Assembly (NCBI GenBank): GCA_041906885.1
Contig: JAYRII010000014.1
Location: forward strand, 74,059-138,058
Length of the DNA: 64,000 nucleotides
Origin: Candidatus Saccharimonadia bacterium
Lineage (GTDB): Bacteria > Patescibacteriota > Saccharimonadia > CAILAD01 > CAZGYV01
Direction of reading: 5' to 3'
Positions 31,153 to 41,482 of this stretch are shown here, one piece after another (position 1 is the stretch's first letter; each line of letters opens with the position of its first letter). The position numbers and the translations under genes were made by a program. The notes under the pieces are model-generated. The model was not told the origin of the DNA, searched no databases, and worked only from the letters and a program-made list of their open reading frames with translations.

Positions 31153-31869
31153 ATGATTAAGCCTAAAACCAAACCCTCTGCTAATATATTCGCTTGGATA
31201 GCAATATACGCTTGGCTAGTGGTAAGTTTTGCTATCGGCGGCGCCATCGGTGCACTGGCTTTCTTTCTGACAAATAAAATATCAAATCAACCACTGGCCA
31301 GCCTGCTCGTTGGTATTGCTAGCTATGGTACTGTTCTACTCGCCTTAGTGTTTATTATTAGAAAGTTCTGGAAACAAAAAGATATACTTAGCGTTCTGGG
31401 AATAAGAGGTTCGATTACCTTGATGGGTGTAATTTGGGCGGCTATAGGCTATGGGGTGTATTTTTTGGTTTCGTGGGGTCTGATTTTACTATTGGCAAAA
31501 ATCTTTCATAGTTTTGACCCAAATGCGATTAAACTTTATGACCGTACTCAAGTAAGCTCAACACCAGATATTATTCTCGGACTATTGCAAGTAGCAATTT
31601 TTACTCCGATTATCGAAGAAATCATCTTTAGGGGCTATTTATTTGGTGAGCTAGAAAGATTCAAAATGCCAACAGCTGCAATTATTGTTGTTACTGGTCT
31701 CGTTTTTGGAGCCTTGCATTACCCACCAATGGTTTGGGTTGTCGACACAGCTGTGTTTGGGCTGGTTTGTGCATTTATTAGATACAAAACTGGAAATATT
31801 TGGGCAGGTCTGGCTCTGCATATGATTGTTAATACTATTGGTTTTTGTAGTTTATTTGTTGTCAGGTAG
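31153..31869 (+). CDS. CPBP/CAAX (Abi) intramembrane metalloprotease
   Basis: PIIEEIIFRG, FGALH, LHMIVN. Confidence 0.92.
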   Translation: MIKPKTKPSANIFAWIAIYAWLVVSFAIGGAIGALAFFLTNKISNQPLASLLVGIASYGTVLLALVFIIRKFWKQKDILSVLGIRGSITLMGVIWAAIGYGVYFLVSWGLILLLAKIFHSFDPNAIKLYDRTQVSSTPDIILGLLQVAIFTPIIEEIIFRGYLFGELERFKMPTAAIIVVTGLVFGALHYPPMVWVVDTAVFGLVCAFIRYKTGNIWAGLALHMIVNTIGFCSLFVVR

Positions 31870-31997
31870 TTTATCCAGCTCCTCGTCCTACACGTGAGAT
31901 TGCATCGGAGACTCAAGAGATAAGCATAAAACAATAGCAAAATAACCAAACTAATATTGGATTTATTCAGATTATTAACATATGCTACTTATAATGT

Positions 31998-32705
31998 ATG
32001 AAGCAGTTCAAATTTACAAATAAACCAGTTTTCCATCAAATTAATTGTACAGAGTCTCGCGATGGGTCTCTTGATCTTCGTCAGAGTGAGGGGATTGTCA
32101 AGTATCGACCGGATATTGTTTTGTTAGAGTATCCATCCTGGCACGACACTCCTTATTTTGAGTTAAACAACTATCCTCCTAAAGGCAAACCAGCCAAGCT
32201 TGTGCAAATTAGGCTACAAGAATTTCCGCCAGAGGTCCTCAAAACAGATCCTTGGGCTGCTGCTGATACATATATGTGGCGAGAAATTGCCAAGTTGTGG
32301 AGTGAAGGTAAGCAAATCTATGTCTATCCTACTGATGGTCCTGGTGAATTACTGTCAGAGTGGCGTGATGTCTGGGAGCATTTGTATCCACAAGCAACAA
32401 AAAATTGGGTGTGGTGGGTGCAGATATACTTAAGAGAGCGACTAATGGCTAATAATATCAAGTGGGTTATGAATAAGCATGTTGATATTCCACGGCCGGT
32501 CATAAATGTGTATCTACAATATTTTCATTGGAAACACGTCAAATTTTTATTAACTGAGCCTTCTGTTGATGAGATATGGGATTATTACTTCAGCCACTTT
32601 GTGGCGGATGTTGGACGTGACGACATTGGGCCACGAATAAAAAAGTTAAACAGTTTGTTTTATCGATATTGGCAAAAGTATGGTGATTTTGCTGATATTG
32701 TATAG
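31998..32705 (+). CDS. Hypothetical protein (Trp-rich, PDIVLLE and RERLMA motifs)
   Basis: 235-aa ORF with an ATG start in the cassette region; weak resemblance to the TraB-like fold. Confidence 0.7.
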   Translation: MKQFKFTNKPVFHQINCTESRDGSLDLRQSEGIVKYRPDIVLLEYPSWHDTPYFELNNYPPKGKPAKLVQIRLQEFPPEVLKTDPWAAADTYMWREIAKLWSEGKQIYVYPTDGPGELLSEWRDVWEHLYPQATKNWVWWVQIYLRERLMANNIKWVMNKHVDIPRPVINVYLQYFHWKHVKFLLTEPSVDEIWDYYFSHFVADVGRDDIGPRIKKLNSLFYRYWQKYGDFADIV

Positions 32706-32972
32706 TGAATAATTAACTTGTAGTTCAGTTATAAGTAATAAACCAAAAGCAAAAGAAGGTTTGGTACTCAATATATCTTTAGCTTTTATGCTGCATCAGA
32801 TTACATTGATAGACGTGGCGCAACATTAGTAAACAGCACGAGTTTGAGATAGGTAAAAAGATTAGTTGTTAAGCTAACAACTAAAACATAAAAAAGCTTT
32901 CCTAATTGAATAGTCATAATGACGATCATTTCATCTTCGCCACGTTGGCGTTAAAGTAATATAATAAAGTAA

Positions 32973-35495
32973 ATGACGCCAATTCAACTTTCAAATACGC
33001 TTAAATTATCTCCGGATGAAGTCATCGCCCGGCTCGATTCAAGCTCTCAAGGACTGAGTAAAGTCGAAGCAAAAACGCGGCTGAAGCGTTATGGCGAAAA
33101 TACCATACAGCGAAAAAAAACCAATATTCCGATACTGCTGTGGCGACAAATCGGCGGCAATCCGTTGGTCATAATTTTAGCTACTGCTACGACAATCTCA
33201 TACATTATGGGGCAAAAAACAAGCGCTCTGTATATATTCGCTATGATTATTCTCAGTGCCGGCTTGGGTTTTTGGAATGAATTTGCTGCCGAGCGGACAG
33301 TCGCCGAATTGCTCCAGAGAGTCTCAATGGCCGCGATCACAATTCGCAATAATCAAAAACAAACCATATCAGTAGCCGAGCTGACTTATGGTGATATTGT
33401 TTTTCTTGAGCCGGGCTCAATCGTGCCGGCTGATTTGCGTCTACTCGAATCAGATAATCTGGAGCTGGATCAGTCTACGCTGACCGGTGAATCAAAAACA
33501 GTCTACAAACAAAGTCGCGCATTAGATCGCGCCCCGCATGGCTTAAATGATTATCAAAATATTGCTTTTATGAGCACTACAGTCACTAGCGGCAGCGCTA
33601 AGGGCATAGTGGTCGGGACCGGTAAAGCGACCGAATTTGGAAAAATCGCTCACCAAGCTTCTTTTGTCAAACCAGAAACAGATTTTCAAAAAGGCTTAAG
33701 TCAATTTGGCGGACTGATTGTTAGAATTATAATTATTCTCTCGGTTGGGATTTTTGCCATCAATGCAGCACTCGGCCGATCGCTAATTGATTCGCTGCTG
33801 TTCGCACTAGCTATCGCGGTTGGGCTAACGCCCGAATTATTACCGATTATCGTGACTATCAGTCTGTCTCACGGTGCTGGTAAATTAGCCAAAAAGCGAG
33901 TGATTTGCAAGCAGCTTATTGCCATCGAAAATCTTGGCAATATGGATGTGCTGTGCACTGACAAAACCGGTACTCTGACAAACGGCCAGATTGTCGTGAC
34001 AGGTACGATTGATGCTGTTGGCAAGAAAAATGACCAGCTCATTGCTTATGGTGCGATCTGCAATAGCGCTACTGTTCATCATCGAGTGCTCGGTAATGCG
34101 ATCGACGTGGCAATCTGGCATGAAGCAAACAGCAGGGGGATAAAAACTTCCCCTGAACCGAATAAAATATTTGAAGAGCCGTTTGACTATGAACAACGCA
34201 AAATGTTTTGTGTCATTGAGCAAGATGGCCGCTATATTTTGATCGCCAAAGGCTCGCCAGATAAGATTCTCAGCCTATGTCGCCAGACCGAGCCTGTCAA
34301 AAAAGCCGCCAGCCGAGCTAAAAAGCTCAATGCCGATGGACTGAGGCTAGTTGCCATTGCCACCAAGACAGTCGCTAAAAAATCGCATTACAGCTGGGAT
34401 GATTTGAAAAATATTCATTATGAGGGCTTTATAACATTTCTTGATACGCCTAAAGAATCGGCCGCTTCTTCGATTAAAAAGATGGAAAACCAAGGTGTCT
34501 CTCTTAAAATCGTGACAGGCGATAGCGATCTAGTTACCAAGCATATTTGCCAGCAGGTCGGCCTAAGCTCGGGCGAGATAATTACCGGCGAAGAGCTAGC
34601 CACCCTCTCTAAAACCCAACAGATTCAAGCCGTACAGCGGGCAACCGTTTTCGCGCGCGTTACGCCTAGCCAAAAACTAATGGTTATTTCATTACTACGC
34701 GAAGCTGGACATACGGTTGGCTATATGGGCGATGGCATCAATGACATACCGGCTCTGCGTAGTGCAGATGTCGGGATATCGGTTAATACTGCAGTGGACG
34801 TGGCCAAAGACGCCGCCGCAGTTGTGCTATTGCGCAAAGGGCTCGATGTGATTAGCGAGGGTATCGACGAAGGTAGAAGGACATTTGCCAATACGATCAA
34901 ATATATTCTAATGGGCACTAGCTCGAATTTTGGTAATATGTTCTCAGCCGCTGGAGCATCTTTTTTCTTGCCTTTTTTGCCCATGACGCCAAGCCAAATT
35001 TTATTAAACAACACACTCTATGATATCTCGCAGGTCAGTATACCGACCGATAATGTCGACGCTGAAGTGTTGCGCAAGCCTCGCCACTGGGATATCAAAT
35101 TTATCAAATATTATATGTTGTTTTTTGGGCCAATCAGCTCAGTTTATGATTTCTTGACCTTTGGCATGATGCTCTGGGTATTTCATGCCAACGCGGCCCT
35201 TTTTCAGACCGGTTGGTTTGTCGAATCTCTGGCCACTCAAGTGCTCGTCATCTTTATTATTAGAACTGTCCGCCAACCATTCTACAAGAGCCGCCCGAGC
35301 AAGTGGGTGATTATGACTTGTCTTGGCGTAGTGGCAATCGGCGTCTTACTGCCTTATATGCCATTTGCTCATAGCCTCGGGTTTGTCCCATTGCCAGCGC
35401 CATATTTTCTTGGCTTGTTCGCGCTAGTTATTACATATCTAGCCATTGTAGCTTGGCTGCGAGCTAAGTTTTTGCGCCGCATTCAAATGGCCTGA
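32973..35495 (+). CDS. mgtA: Magnesium-translocating P-type ATPase
   Basis: TGES, VGLTPELLP, DKTGTLT, GDGINDIPAL, SSNFGNMFS, FQTGWFVES. Confidence 0.93.
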   Translation: MTPIQLSNTLKLSPDEVIARLDSSSQGLSKVEAKTRLKRYGENTIQRKKTNIPILLWRQIGGNPLVIILATATTISYIMGQKTSALYIFAMIILSAGLGFWNEFAAERTVAELLQRVSMAAITIRNNQKQTISVAELTYGDIVFLEPGSIVPADLRLLESDNLELDQSTLTGESKTVYKQSRALDRAPHGLNDYQNIAFMSTTVTSGSAKGIVVGTGKATEFGKIAHQASFVKPETDFQKGLSQFGGLIVRIIIILSVGIFAINAALGRSLIDSLLFALAIAVGLTPELLPIIVTISLSHGAGKLAKKRVICKQLIAIENLGNMDVLCTDKTGTLTNGQIVVTGTIDAVGKKNDQLIAYGAICNSATVHHRVLGNAIDVAIWHEANSRGIKTSPEPNKIFEEPFDYEQRKMFCVIEQDGRYILIAKGSPDKILSLCRQTEPVKKAASRAKKLNADGLRLVAIATKTVAKKSHYSWDDLKNIHYEGFITFLDTPKESAASSIKKMENQGVSLKIVTGDSDLVTKHICQQVGLSSGEIITGEELATLSKTQQIQAVQRATVFARVTPSQKLMVISLLREAGHTVGYMGDGINDIPALRSADVGISVNTAVDVAKDAAAVVLLRKGLDVISEGIDEGRRTFANTIKYILMGTSSNFGNMFSAAGASFFLPFLPMTPSQILLNNTLYDISQVSIPTDNVDAEVLRKPRHWDIKFIKYYMLFFGPISSVYDFLTFGMMLWVFHANAALFQTGWFVESLATQVLVIFIIRTVRQPFYKSRPSKWVIMTCLGVVAIGVLLPYMPFAHSLGFVPLPAPYFLGLFALVITYLAIVAWLRAKFLRRIQMA

Positions 35496-35545
35496 TATCG
35501 GTGCAGCTTGACAATCCGCCGGCTCATTTTGCCGAGTTGACGCAA

Positions 35546-35761
35546 CTAAAACTGTTCATCCAGCAAGGCTTCACCGCCATGCCAGAGGTATTTTGAGGAG
35601 ACTTGAGTATTTCCAAGCTCTGATATAGTCGCTTCGAGTACGTCGTGGGACATAATAGACTTACGTCCACGTTCCATATAACTTTCTGCAGAACAATATT
35701 TACAATTAAGATTACAACTCGAAGCAACCTTAATTATTGGGTAGATAGGAATCCTTGTCAT
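35546..35761 (-). pseudogene. Truncated radical SAM enzyme (N-terminal fragment)
   Basis: IKVASSCNLNCKYC (CxxxCxxC) and WHGGEALL, then a stop at 71 aa. Confidence 0.8.
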
Positions 35762-36058
35762 ATTTACTTCCGTTCTCTGGATTTTAAGGTACGTTGAAAG
35801 ATGGCAGTGATATAGACTAATTAGTTTTCTCTGCCAAGAGTATTCCTTTTATGCTCCGTCTCTAAGAGATCTTGTATTTCTGACCAGTCGGCGCACTCGG
35901 CTATCTTTTGGTGGTAAGAGGATATGCTGCCTGTGCCCAGAGTGCCCTTACCGGTGAAATCAAAAGCCTATTCGATTTTAATGGATCAAAAGAAAATCGT
36001 GATTAGCGAGTACTAACACTAACTTCCCGCGCCGTCCTCAGTTTTTTAACCATCATCC

Positions 36059-36586
36059 TCACATCAGCATTTGCTGCTTCAAAAAATTAGTGAACCGTTT
36101 CATCTCTGCTTTGGCAAGGCGAGTGTGTTGGGTGTAGGCCACTTTGTCATCCTCGAACAAATATTCCTGCCTCGACTGAAGTCGTCCACTACCATGCCCA
36201 TAAGATTCGATTATCAGCATCGCCCGATGATCAACCTCGCTATCCGGGTAGAACTTCTTGAGCAACCTAAATAATTTTTTACACTCTGGCTTATTGAGTG
36301 CAGTCATTTGGCCGGTTAGATTCTTAAACTGCTTCGATTCAAAATCTTTAACCTTATCCATCTGTTCATAGATTTTCCAAGCATCTGGGTTGCCAACATC
36401 AATCCAAGGATACGGCACACCCCAATTTATATGCCCCTCGCACGACGCAGTGGTCTGAACGCCGGCTAAATTTAGCAGCGCGACAGTCTCCTTGATGCCG
36501 GAATCGATACCGAGTCCGAGCCCATCGGTGACTTTGTCCAAATCTTTAAGCTTCTGCTGCCACTGCTGCTGTGATATTTTCTTCAT
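36059..36586 (-). CDS. Hypothetical protein with TTASCEGH motif
   Basis: 175-aa ORF with DGLGLGIDSGIKETV..LN..G..TTASCEGH..PWI. Confidence 0.75.
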   Translation of the reverse strand: MKKISQQQWQQKLKDLDKVTDGLGLGIDSGIKETVALLNLAGVQTTASCEGHINWGVPYPWIDVGNPDAWKIYEQMDKVKDFESKQFKNLTGQMTALNKPECKKLFRLLKKFYPDSEVDHRAMLIIESYGHGSGRLQSRQEYLFEDDKVAYTQHTRLAKAEMKRFTNFLKQQMLM

Positions 36587-36667
36587 GCTTTAAGCTTAGC
36601 ACGGACTGGGTCGCAGCCACGCGATTTAATATATCAGCCTGCGATAATCTTTTGCTATAATTAATTC

Positions 36668-37108
36668 ATGAAGATGTCGCAAGATGAATGGAAGAAAAGT
36701 GTATCGTGGATCGGTGTTGTGGCTGGTAGTGTCATAAAAGACAATAATAAATATCTGTTGGTTCAAGAAAAGCAGAAAAAAGCTTTTGGATTATGGAACT
36801 TGCCGGCAGGTTATGTTGATAATGGCGAAACCATTGAGCAGGCTGCGGTTAGAGAAGCGAAAGAAGAGGTGGGGGTAGATATTGAGCTAATCAAAGAAAT
36901 AGCTATTTATCATGAAGATATCAGCCGATCAGTTAAACATGCCTTTCAAGCTAAAATGATTGGTGGCGAGCTAAAGCCACAGCCAGATGAGATTCTCGAC
37001 GCGAGATGGCTTACTTATGAAGAAGTTAAGTCTCTATATGAGGATAATAAAATTAGAGCTCCGTGGATTTTCGATGCGATAAGTATTGTAGAGAGGAGCC
37101 AGCTCTAG
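36668..37108 (+). CDS. NUDIX hydrolase
   Basis: PAGYVDNGETIEQAAVREAKEEVG Nudix box. Confidence 0.93.
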   Translation: MKMSQDEWKKSVSWIGVVAGSVIKDNNKYLLVQEKQKKAFGLWNLPAGYVDNGETIEQAAVREAKEEVGVDIELIKEIAIYHEDISRSVKHAFQAKMIGGELKPQPDEILDARWLTYEEVKSLYEDNKIRAPWIFDAISIVERSQL

Positions 37109-37252
37109 TATTAACGGCTATTTCTATACGATGTTTATGCTAAATATCTTTAGTTTTCGTAGCTCTCACCTAGAGCCTCCGTAGAGCATCCTGGGTGCGA
37201 TACTCTGCTCACAAAGAGAATGTCTATCGAAATATGATAAAATGAAAAGACT

Positions 37253-37606
37253 ATGAGTAAATATGTGACATATACTGAGCTAGACACCGCGCTAAAAAAG
37301 CAGACCGATGAAATTGTCGGTGTACTACATGGCTTTATGGGCCAGGTCGATGAGCGGTTTAATAAAATCGAAAGTCGAACGGATAGATTTGAGCACTGGG
37401 CCGATGAGCGGTTTAATAAATTAGAAGCTCGCATGAGTAAATTTGACCGCAAACTCGATAGCCTCACCAATACTATCGATGCTTTCGTCAAGCGTCTCGA
37501 CGATATAGAGACTGAGCAAATAGCGCGTGATCGACAATTCTCTCGCTTGCTTGCTTGGGCACACAAGGTGTCTGAAAAGACCGGCATCCCACTAGATAGT
37601 TTATGA
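37253..37606 (+). CDS. Small coiled-coil protein (paralog 1)
   Basis: Internal DERFNK repeat; C-terminus similar to 45997-46245. Confidence 0.85.
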   Translation: MSKYVTYTELDTALKKQTDEIVGVLHGFMGQVDERFNKIESRTDRFEHWADERFNKLEARMSKFDRKLDSLTNTIDAFVKRLDDIETEQIARDRQFSRLLAWAHKVSEKTGIPLDSL

Positions 37607-37662
37607 TAATTTTACGCCAATACTAACAAGGGCGAGGCGAGAGAAAATAGAAACGAATTGTT

Positions 37663-37974
37663 CTACCTGGATTTGGCTCGTTTTTCGAGTATGCCTCGAA
37701 TCGATGGGCTAATCGCTTTGTCCGTACGATGAATGCAGCCGATCCAACAGCACGGTCGGCGTTTGCCCTCGACCAGCTCCTCGATGACCCGGCGGACATG
37801 CTCATCGCGCGTCTTTTGTTGCTTAACGCTAATGGTCCAGCAAATCCACTCATTGCGTGCCAAAGGAGTCAGGCCGTTCCATTTGGTCAGCGCAGCTTCG
37901 TTTGCCAGCAGAGCTTTGCGCAAGTCGGCCGGCAACTCATGCACCACGCCCTCGGAAATTTTTTTACTACTCAT
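37663..37974 (-). CDS. YdeI/OmpD-associated family protein
   Basis: LPADLRKAL, LTPLARNEWICW, AK/VK..TR, RPCCWIGC. Start refined to 37974. Confidence 0.85.
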   Translation of the reverse strand: MSSKKISEGVVHELPADLRKALLANEAALTKWNGLTPLARNEWICWTISVKQQKTRDEHVRRVIEELVEGKRRPCCWIGCIHRTDKAISPSIRGILEKRAKSR

Positions 37975-38081
37975 ATTATTTATACTAACCCAGCCACACT
38001 TTTCTATCAATTTACCACTACATTCGCAACTATTTAACGGCATCGGTGGTATTATAATTGTAGATAGAAAGGAGCTTTGGT

Positions 38082-38366
38082 ATGCCAAACACAAAGAAAA
38101 AAGAACCGGAGATTGAATTTAGCGCTAAGGTAAAAGGCACCGAAGAGTGGAAAGAGTGGTCGAAGGATTGGAAGAAGAATAAGCCAAGCTCAACTCACGG
38201 CACGGCCGGAGCGCTGTACTTTGTTGGCTTTATCGGCTCGATGGTGTATTGGATGCAAGCAGCGGTTGGTTTTGGCGCCGTCGTGACGGGATTTCTGAAA
38301 TCGTTGGTCTGGCCGGCCTATATTGTCTATAAATTGCTCGAGAGCTTTTACGGCGTTGTACGCTAA
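38082..38366 (+). CDS. Small membrane protein
   Basis: Two hydrophobic segments; GALYFVGFIG...LKSLVWPAY. Confidence 0.75.
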   Translation: MPNTKKKEPEIEFSAKVKGTEEWKEWSKDWKKNKPSSTHGTAGALYFVGFIGSMVYWMQAAVGFGAVVTGFLKSLVWPAYIVYKLLESFYGVVR

Positions 38367-38389
38367 TGGGAGGCCTTAAAGAGGTCGAT

Positions 38390-38746
38390 ATGTCAGACAA
38401 TAAAGCCAAGCCAACAGGAGTGAGTGTCGAAGAATACATCGCTAGCGTGCCACCCGCTGCCCGAGTGCAATTTGATGAACTGCGCGCGCTGGTGCGTGGC
38501 ATGTTGCCGAAAGCCAATGAAGTAGTCAGTTACGGTATTATCGGTTATAAGATTGATAATAAAAGAGCTCGGGTCTTTATCTCTGGCTGGAAGGATCATC
38601 TGGCGATCTATCCAGTGCCGAAGGACGAAGCCATGCGCGCTGAGCTGGCACCGTACGTCAAAGGCAAGGGCACGCTGTGGTTTGCCCTCGACCAGCCGCT
38701 GCCCAGAGAGCTGATCGGGCGGGTAGTCAAAGCGCTGTCTGGCTAA
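38390..38746 (+). CDS. DUF1801/YdhG-like protein
   Basis: SVEEYI, EVVSYG, HLAIYP, KGTLWF..DQPLP. Confidence 0.85.
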   Translation: MSDNKAKPTGVSVEEYIASVPPAARVQFDELRALVRGMLPKANEVVSYGIIGYKIDNKRARVFISGWKDHLAIYPVPKDEAMRAELAPYVKGKGTLWFALDQPLPRELIGRVVKALSG

Positions 38747-38878
38747 ACGACTCAATAATCACGCCGAGCCAGCTAAGTAAATCCACATATTATATTGGCC
38801 CATCATTGTGGCTGTGTGGTTTATAAATCATCCCGCTTATCCTGTAAATCTTCAGATAATAGTTGTACAATCTGGACT

Positions 38879-39523
38879 ATGAAAATGACAGATAGGCGGG
38901 CCGATTTGCGTCCGCGTGAGAAGCTACAAGCCAGAGGCGTCGAATCCTTGAGTGATTACGAGCTACTAATGGCCATCATTGGCAGTGGCAACGCACAGGC
39001 TGATGTTACTAAAATCGCCCGCGATGTTGGCAAATTACTCAAAGCTCGTGGTAGTGGGTTGACTTATGACGATCTATTGAGCGTCAAGAGTCTCGGCCCG
39101 GCTAAAGCCACCCAGATAATGGCGGGTTTTGAGCTCTGGCGTCGGCAATTTGAAGTGTCAGAGCGGCCTATTATCGACTCGCCCGAAAAGGCCGTGGCGC
39201 AACTGGCTGATATTCGTGATAAGAAGCAAGAGTATTTCGTCTGCCTATCACTTGATGGGGCAAATCGACTGATCGCGAGGCGTATCATCACCATCGGCAC
39301 GCTAACTGCGAGTTTAGTCCACCCGCGTGAGGTTTTTGCCGAGGCGATTGCTGATCGCGCCGCATCCATCATCGTGGCGCACAACCACCCGAGCGGTAAT
39401 TTGCAGGCTAGTGAGGCCGATAGAACTATCACCCAGCGCTTGTGCGAGGCCGGTGAATTGCTTGGCATCAAGCTGGTCGATCACATCGTTGTGACGCACG
39501 AGTCTCACGCTAGCATCGTGTGA
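38879..39523 (+). CDS. radC: RadC-family JAB-domain protein
   Basis: RPREKL, LSDYELL, VHPREVF, AHNHPSG, LVDHIVV. Confidence 0.93.
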   Translation: MKMTDRRADLRPREKLQARGVESLSDYELLMAIIGSGNAQADVTKIARDVGKLLKARGSGLTYDDLLSVKSLGPAKATQIMAGFELWRRQFEVSERPIIDSPEKAVAQLADIRDKKQEYFVCLSLDGANRLIARRIITIGTLTASLVHPREVFAEAIADRAASIIVAHNHPSGNLQASEADRTITQRLCEAGELLGIKLVDHIVVTHESHASIV

Positions 39524-39553
39524 ATAGCTCCTGTTTTAAGGTATAATACAGAT

Positions 39554-40012
39554 ATGAGCGACCAAAACAAGCTAGCTATTTATCAGAGCGCTGATGGCGC
39601 GATTGAGCTGCCAATCGATGCTAAGTCAGAGACGATTTGGGCGAGTCAAAAGCAAATCGCCGAGATTTTTGATGTTACCCCACAAAACATAACTATTCAC
39701 CTAGCTGGTATTTACAAAGAGGGTGAAATGAGTGAAGGGGCAACTTGTAAAGAATCCTTACAAGTTCAAAAAGAGGGTGCACATGAGGTTAAACGTACTG
39801 TCAAACTGTATAATCTTGATGCTATTATTGCGGTTGGCTACCGCATTAGCTCAAGTAAAGGGACGGCTTTTCGCAAATGGGCGACAAAAACCCTGCGGGA
39901 CTATATTTCTAATGGTTTTGTAATCAACAAAAAGCGTATCGAGCACAACAACACCCAATTCTTGCGAGCTCTAAATGACCTCAAGCTATTGTCAGAAAAC
40001 TGCTATAATTGA
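39554..40012 (+). CDS. RhuM-family DNA-binding protein, probably 3'-truncated
   Basis: TIWASQKQIAEIF, YNLDAIIAVGYRI, FRKWATKTL; ends abruptly inside the putative hsdM promoter. Confidence 0.8.
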   Translation: MSDQNKLAIYQSADGAIELPIDAKSETIWASQKQIAEIFDVTPQNITIHLAGIYKEGEMSEGATCKESLQVQKEGAHEVKRTVKLYNLDAIIAVGYRISSSKGTAFRKWATKTLRDYISNGFVINKKRIEHNNTQFLRALNDLKLLSENCYN

Positions 40013-40030
40013 GCCACGAAGGAAGTATAA

Positions 40031-41482
40031 ATGTTTGAAACAACTTTTAAAAATATTGATGACAGGTTGCACAAAGACGCTGGCTGTAGTAGCGAGCTTG
40101 ATTATGTGGAGCAGTCGTCGTGGATTTTGTTTCTCAAATATTTATCAGAGCTAGAGCAAGACAAGGCCGATGAGGCAACACTCAAAGGCAAAGAATACCA
40201 GCCGATACTGGCTGATGAATACCAGTGGAGCACTTGGGCTTGCCCCAAAAAGCCAGACGGCACACTAGACCACAACAAAGCTATGACCGGTGATGACCTG
40301 ATAGAATTTGTCAACAAAAAGCTATTTCCGTATCTAAAGACCCTAGACGCAGACCAAGGCGAGCAAAAATCAATTCGGGGCAAAATCAGCGTAATTTTTG
40401 GAGATCTGCGCAACAAGTTGCAAAGTGGCTATACGCTCCGTGATGTGCTAGACCAAGTGGACAAGCTAAAGTTTCGTAGTAACAAAGACAAGCACGAGAT
40501 GTCGCACCTTTACGAAACAAAGATTAAAAATATGGGCAATGCCGGCAGAAACGGTGGCGAATACTACACGCCTCGTCCACTTATTCGGGCAATGGTGGAG
40601 GTTACAAATCCGCAGATTGGCGAGACAGTTTATGACGGCGCGGTCGGCTCGGCGGGCTTTTTGTGCGAAGCGTTTGAATATATGCAGTCAAAAGATTTGA
40701 CCGCCAAAGACCTTGAGACACTCCAGACCAAAACTTTCTACGGCAAAGAGCTCAAATCTCTGGCATACATCATCGGTACTATGAATATGATATTGCACGG
40801 CATAGAGCACCCAAACTTGCTCCATACCAACACACTGGCAGAAAACATCAATGATATCCAAGAAAAAGACCGCTACAATGTGGTGCTGGCAAATCCGCCT
40901 TTTGGTGGCAAGATACGCGCCGAGATCCAGCAAAACTTCCCGATAAAAACTGGCGAGACAGCCTACCTCTTTTTGCAACATTTCATCAAGTCGCTCAAAG
41001 CTGGTGGGCGCGGTGCGGTCGTCATCAAAAACACCTTCCTCAGCAACACCGACAATGCGTCTATCAGCCTGCGCAAGCTCCTACTAGAAAGTTGCAACCT
41101 ATATACCATCCTAGACATGCCGAGTGGCACATTCCTCGGTGCTGGAGTCAAGACTGTGGTGCTGTTTTTTGAAAAAGGCGAGCCTACCAAAAACATTTGG
41201 TATTACCAGCTCATTCCTAGTCGCAACATGGGCAAGACCAATCCGCTAAATGACCAAGACATGGCCGAGTTCATAGAGCTACAAAAGACACCTTCGGGTA
41301 GCGAGAACTCCTGGACGCTAAATGTCAAAGATATCAATCAATCTACCTATGACCTAAGTGTCAAAAACCCCAACGCCAAACAAGAAGCCCCCTTGCGCGA
41401 GCCAAAAGAAATTATGCAAGAGATGAAAACACTTGATGCCCAGAGTGCAGAAATCCTAAACTCAATTTCGGAATTGATATGA
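40031..41482 (+). CDS. hsdM: Type I restriction-modification methyltransferase subunit M
   Basis: GEYYTPR, YDGAVGSAGFL, NPPF. Confidence 0.96.
   Translation: MFETTFKNIDDRLHKDAGCSSELDYVEQSSWILFLKYLSELEQDKADEATLKGKEYQPILADEYQWSTWACPKKPDGTLDHNKAMTGDDLIEFVNKKLFPYLKTLDADQGEQKSIRGKISVIFGDLRNKLQSGYTLRDVLDQVDKLKFRSNKDKHEMSHLYETKIKNMGNAGRNGGEYYTPRPLIRAMVEVTNPQIGETVYDGAVGSAGFLCEAFEYMQSKDLTAKDLETLQTKTFYGKELKSLAYIIGTMNMILHGIEHPNLLHTNTLAENINDIQEKDRYNVVLANPPFGGKIRAEIQQNFPIKTGETAYLFLQHFIKSLKAGGRGAVVIKNTFLSNTDNASISLRKLLLESCNLYTILDMPSGTFLGAGVKTVVLFFEKGEPTKNIWYYQLIPSRNMGKTNPLNDQDMAEFIELQKTPSGSENSWTLNVKDINQSTYDLSVKNPNAKQEAPLREPKEIMQEMKTLDAQSAEILNSISELI

Noticed and set aside
32706-32972. Mg2+ riboswitch or leader peptide upstream of mgtA
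   Set aside because: Only one AT-rich hairpin (TTAGTTGTTA..TAACAACTAA); no M-box features, and a -10 element lies right before the ATG.
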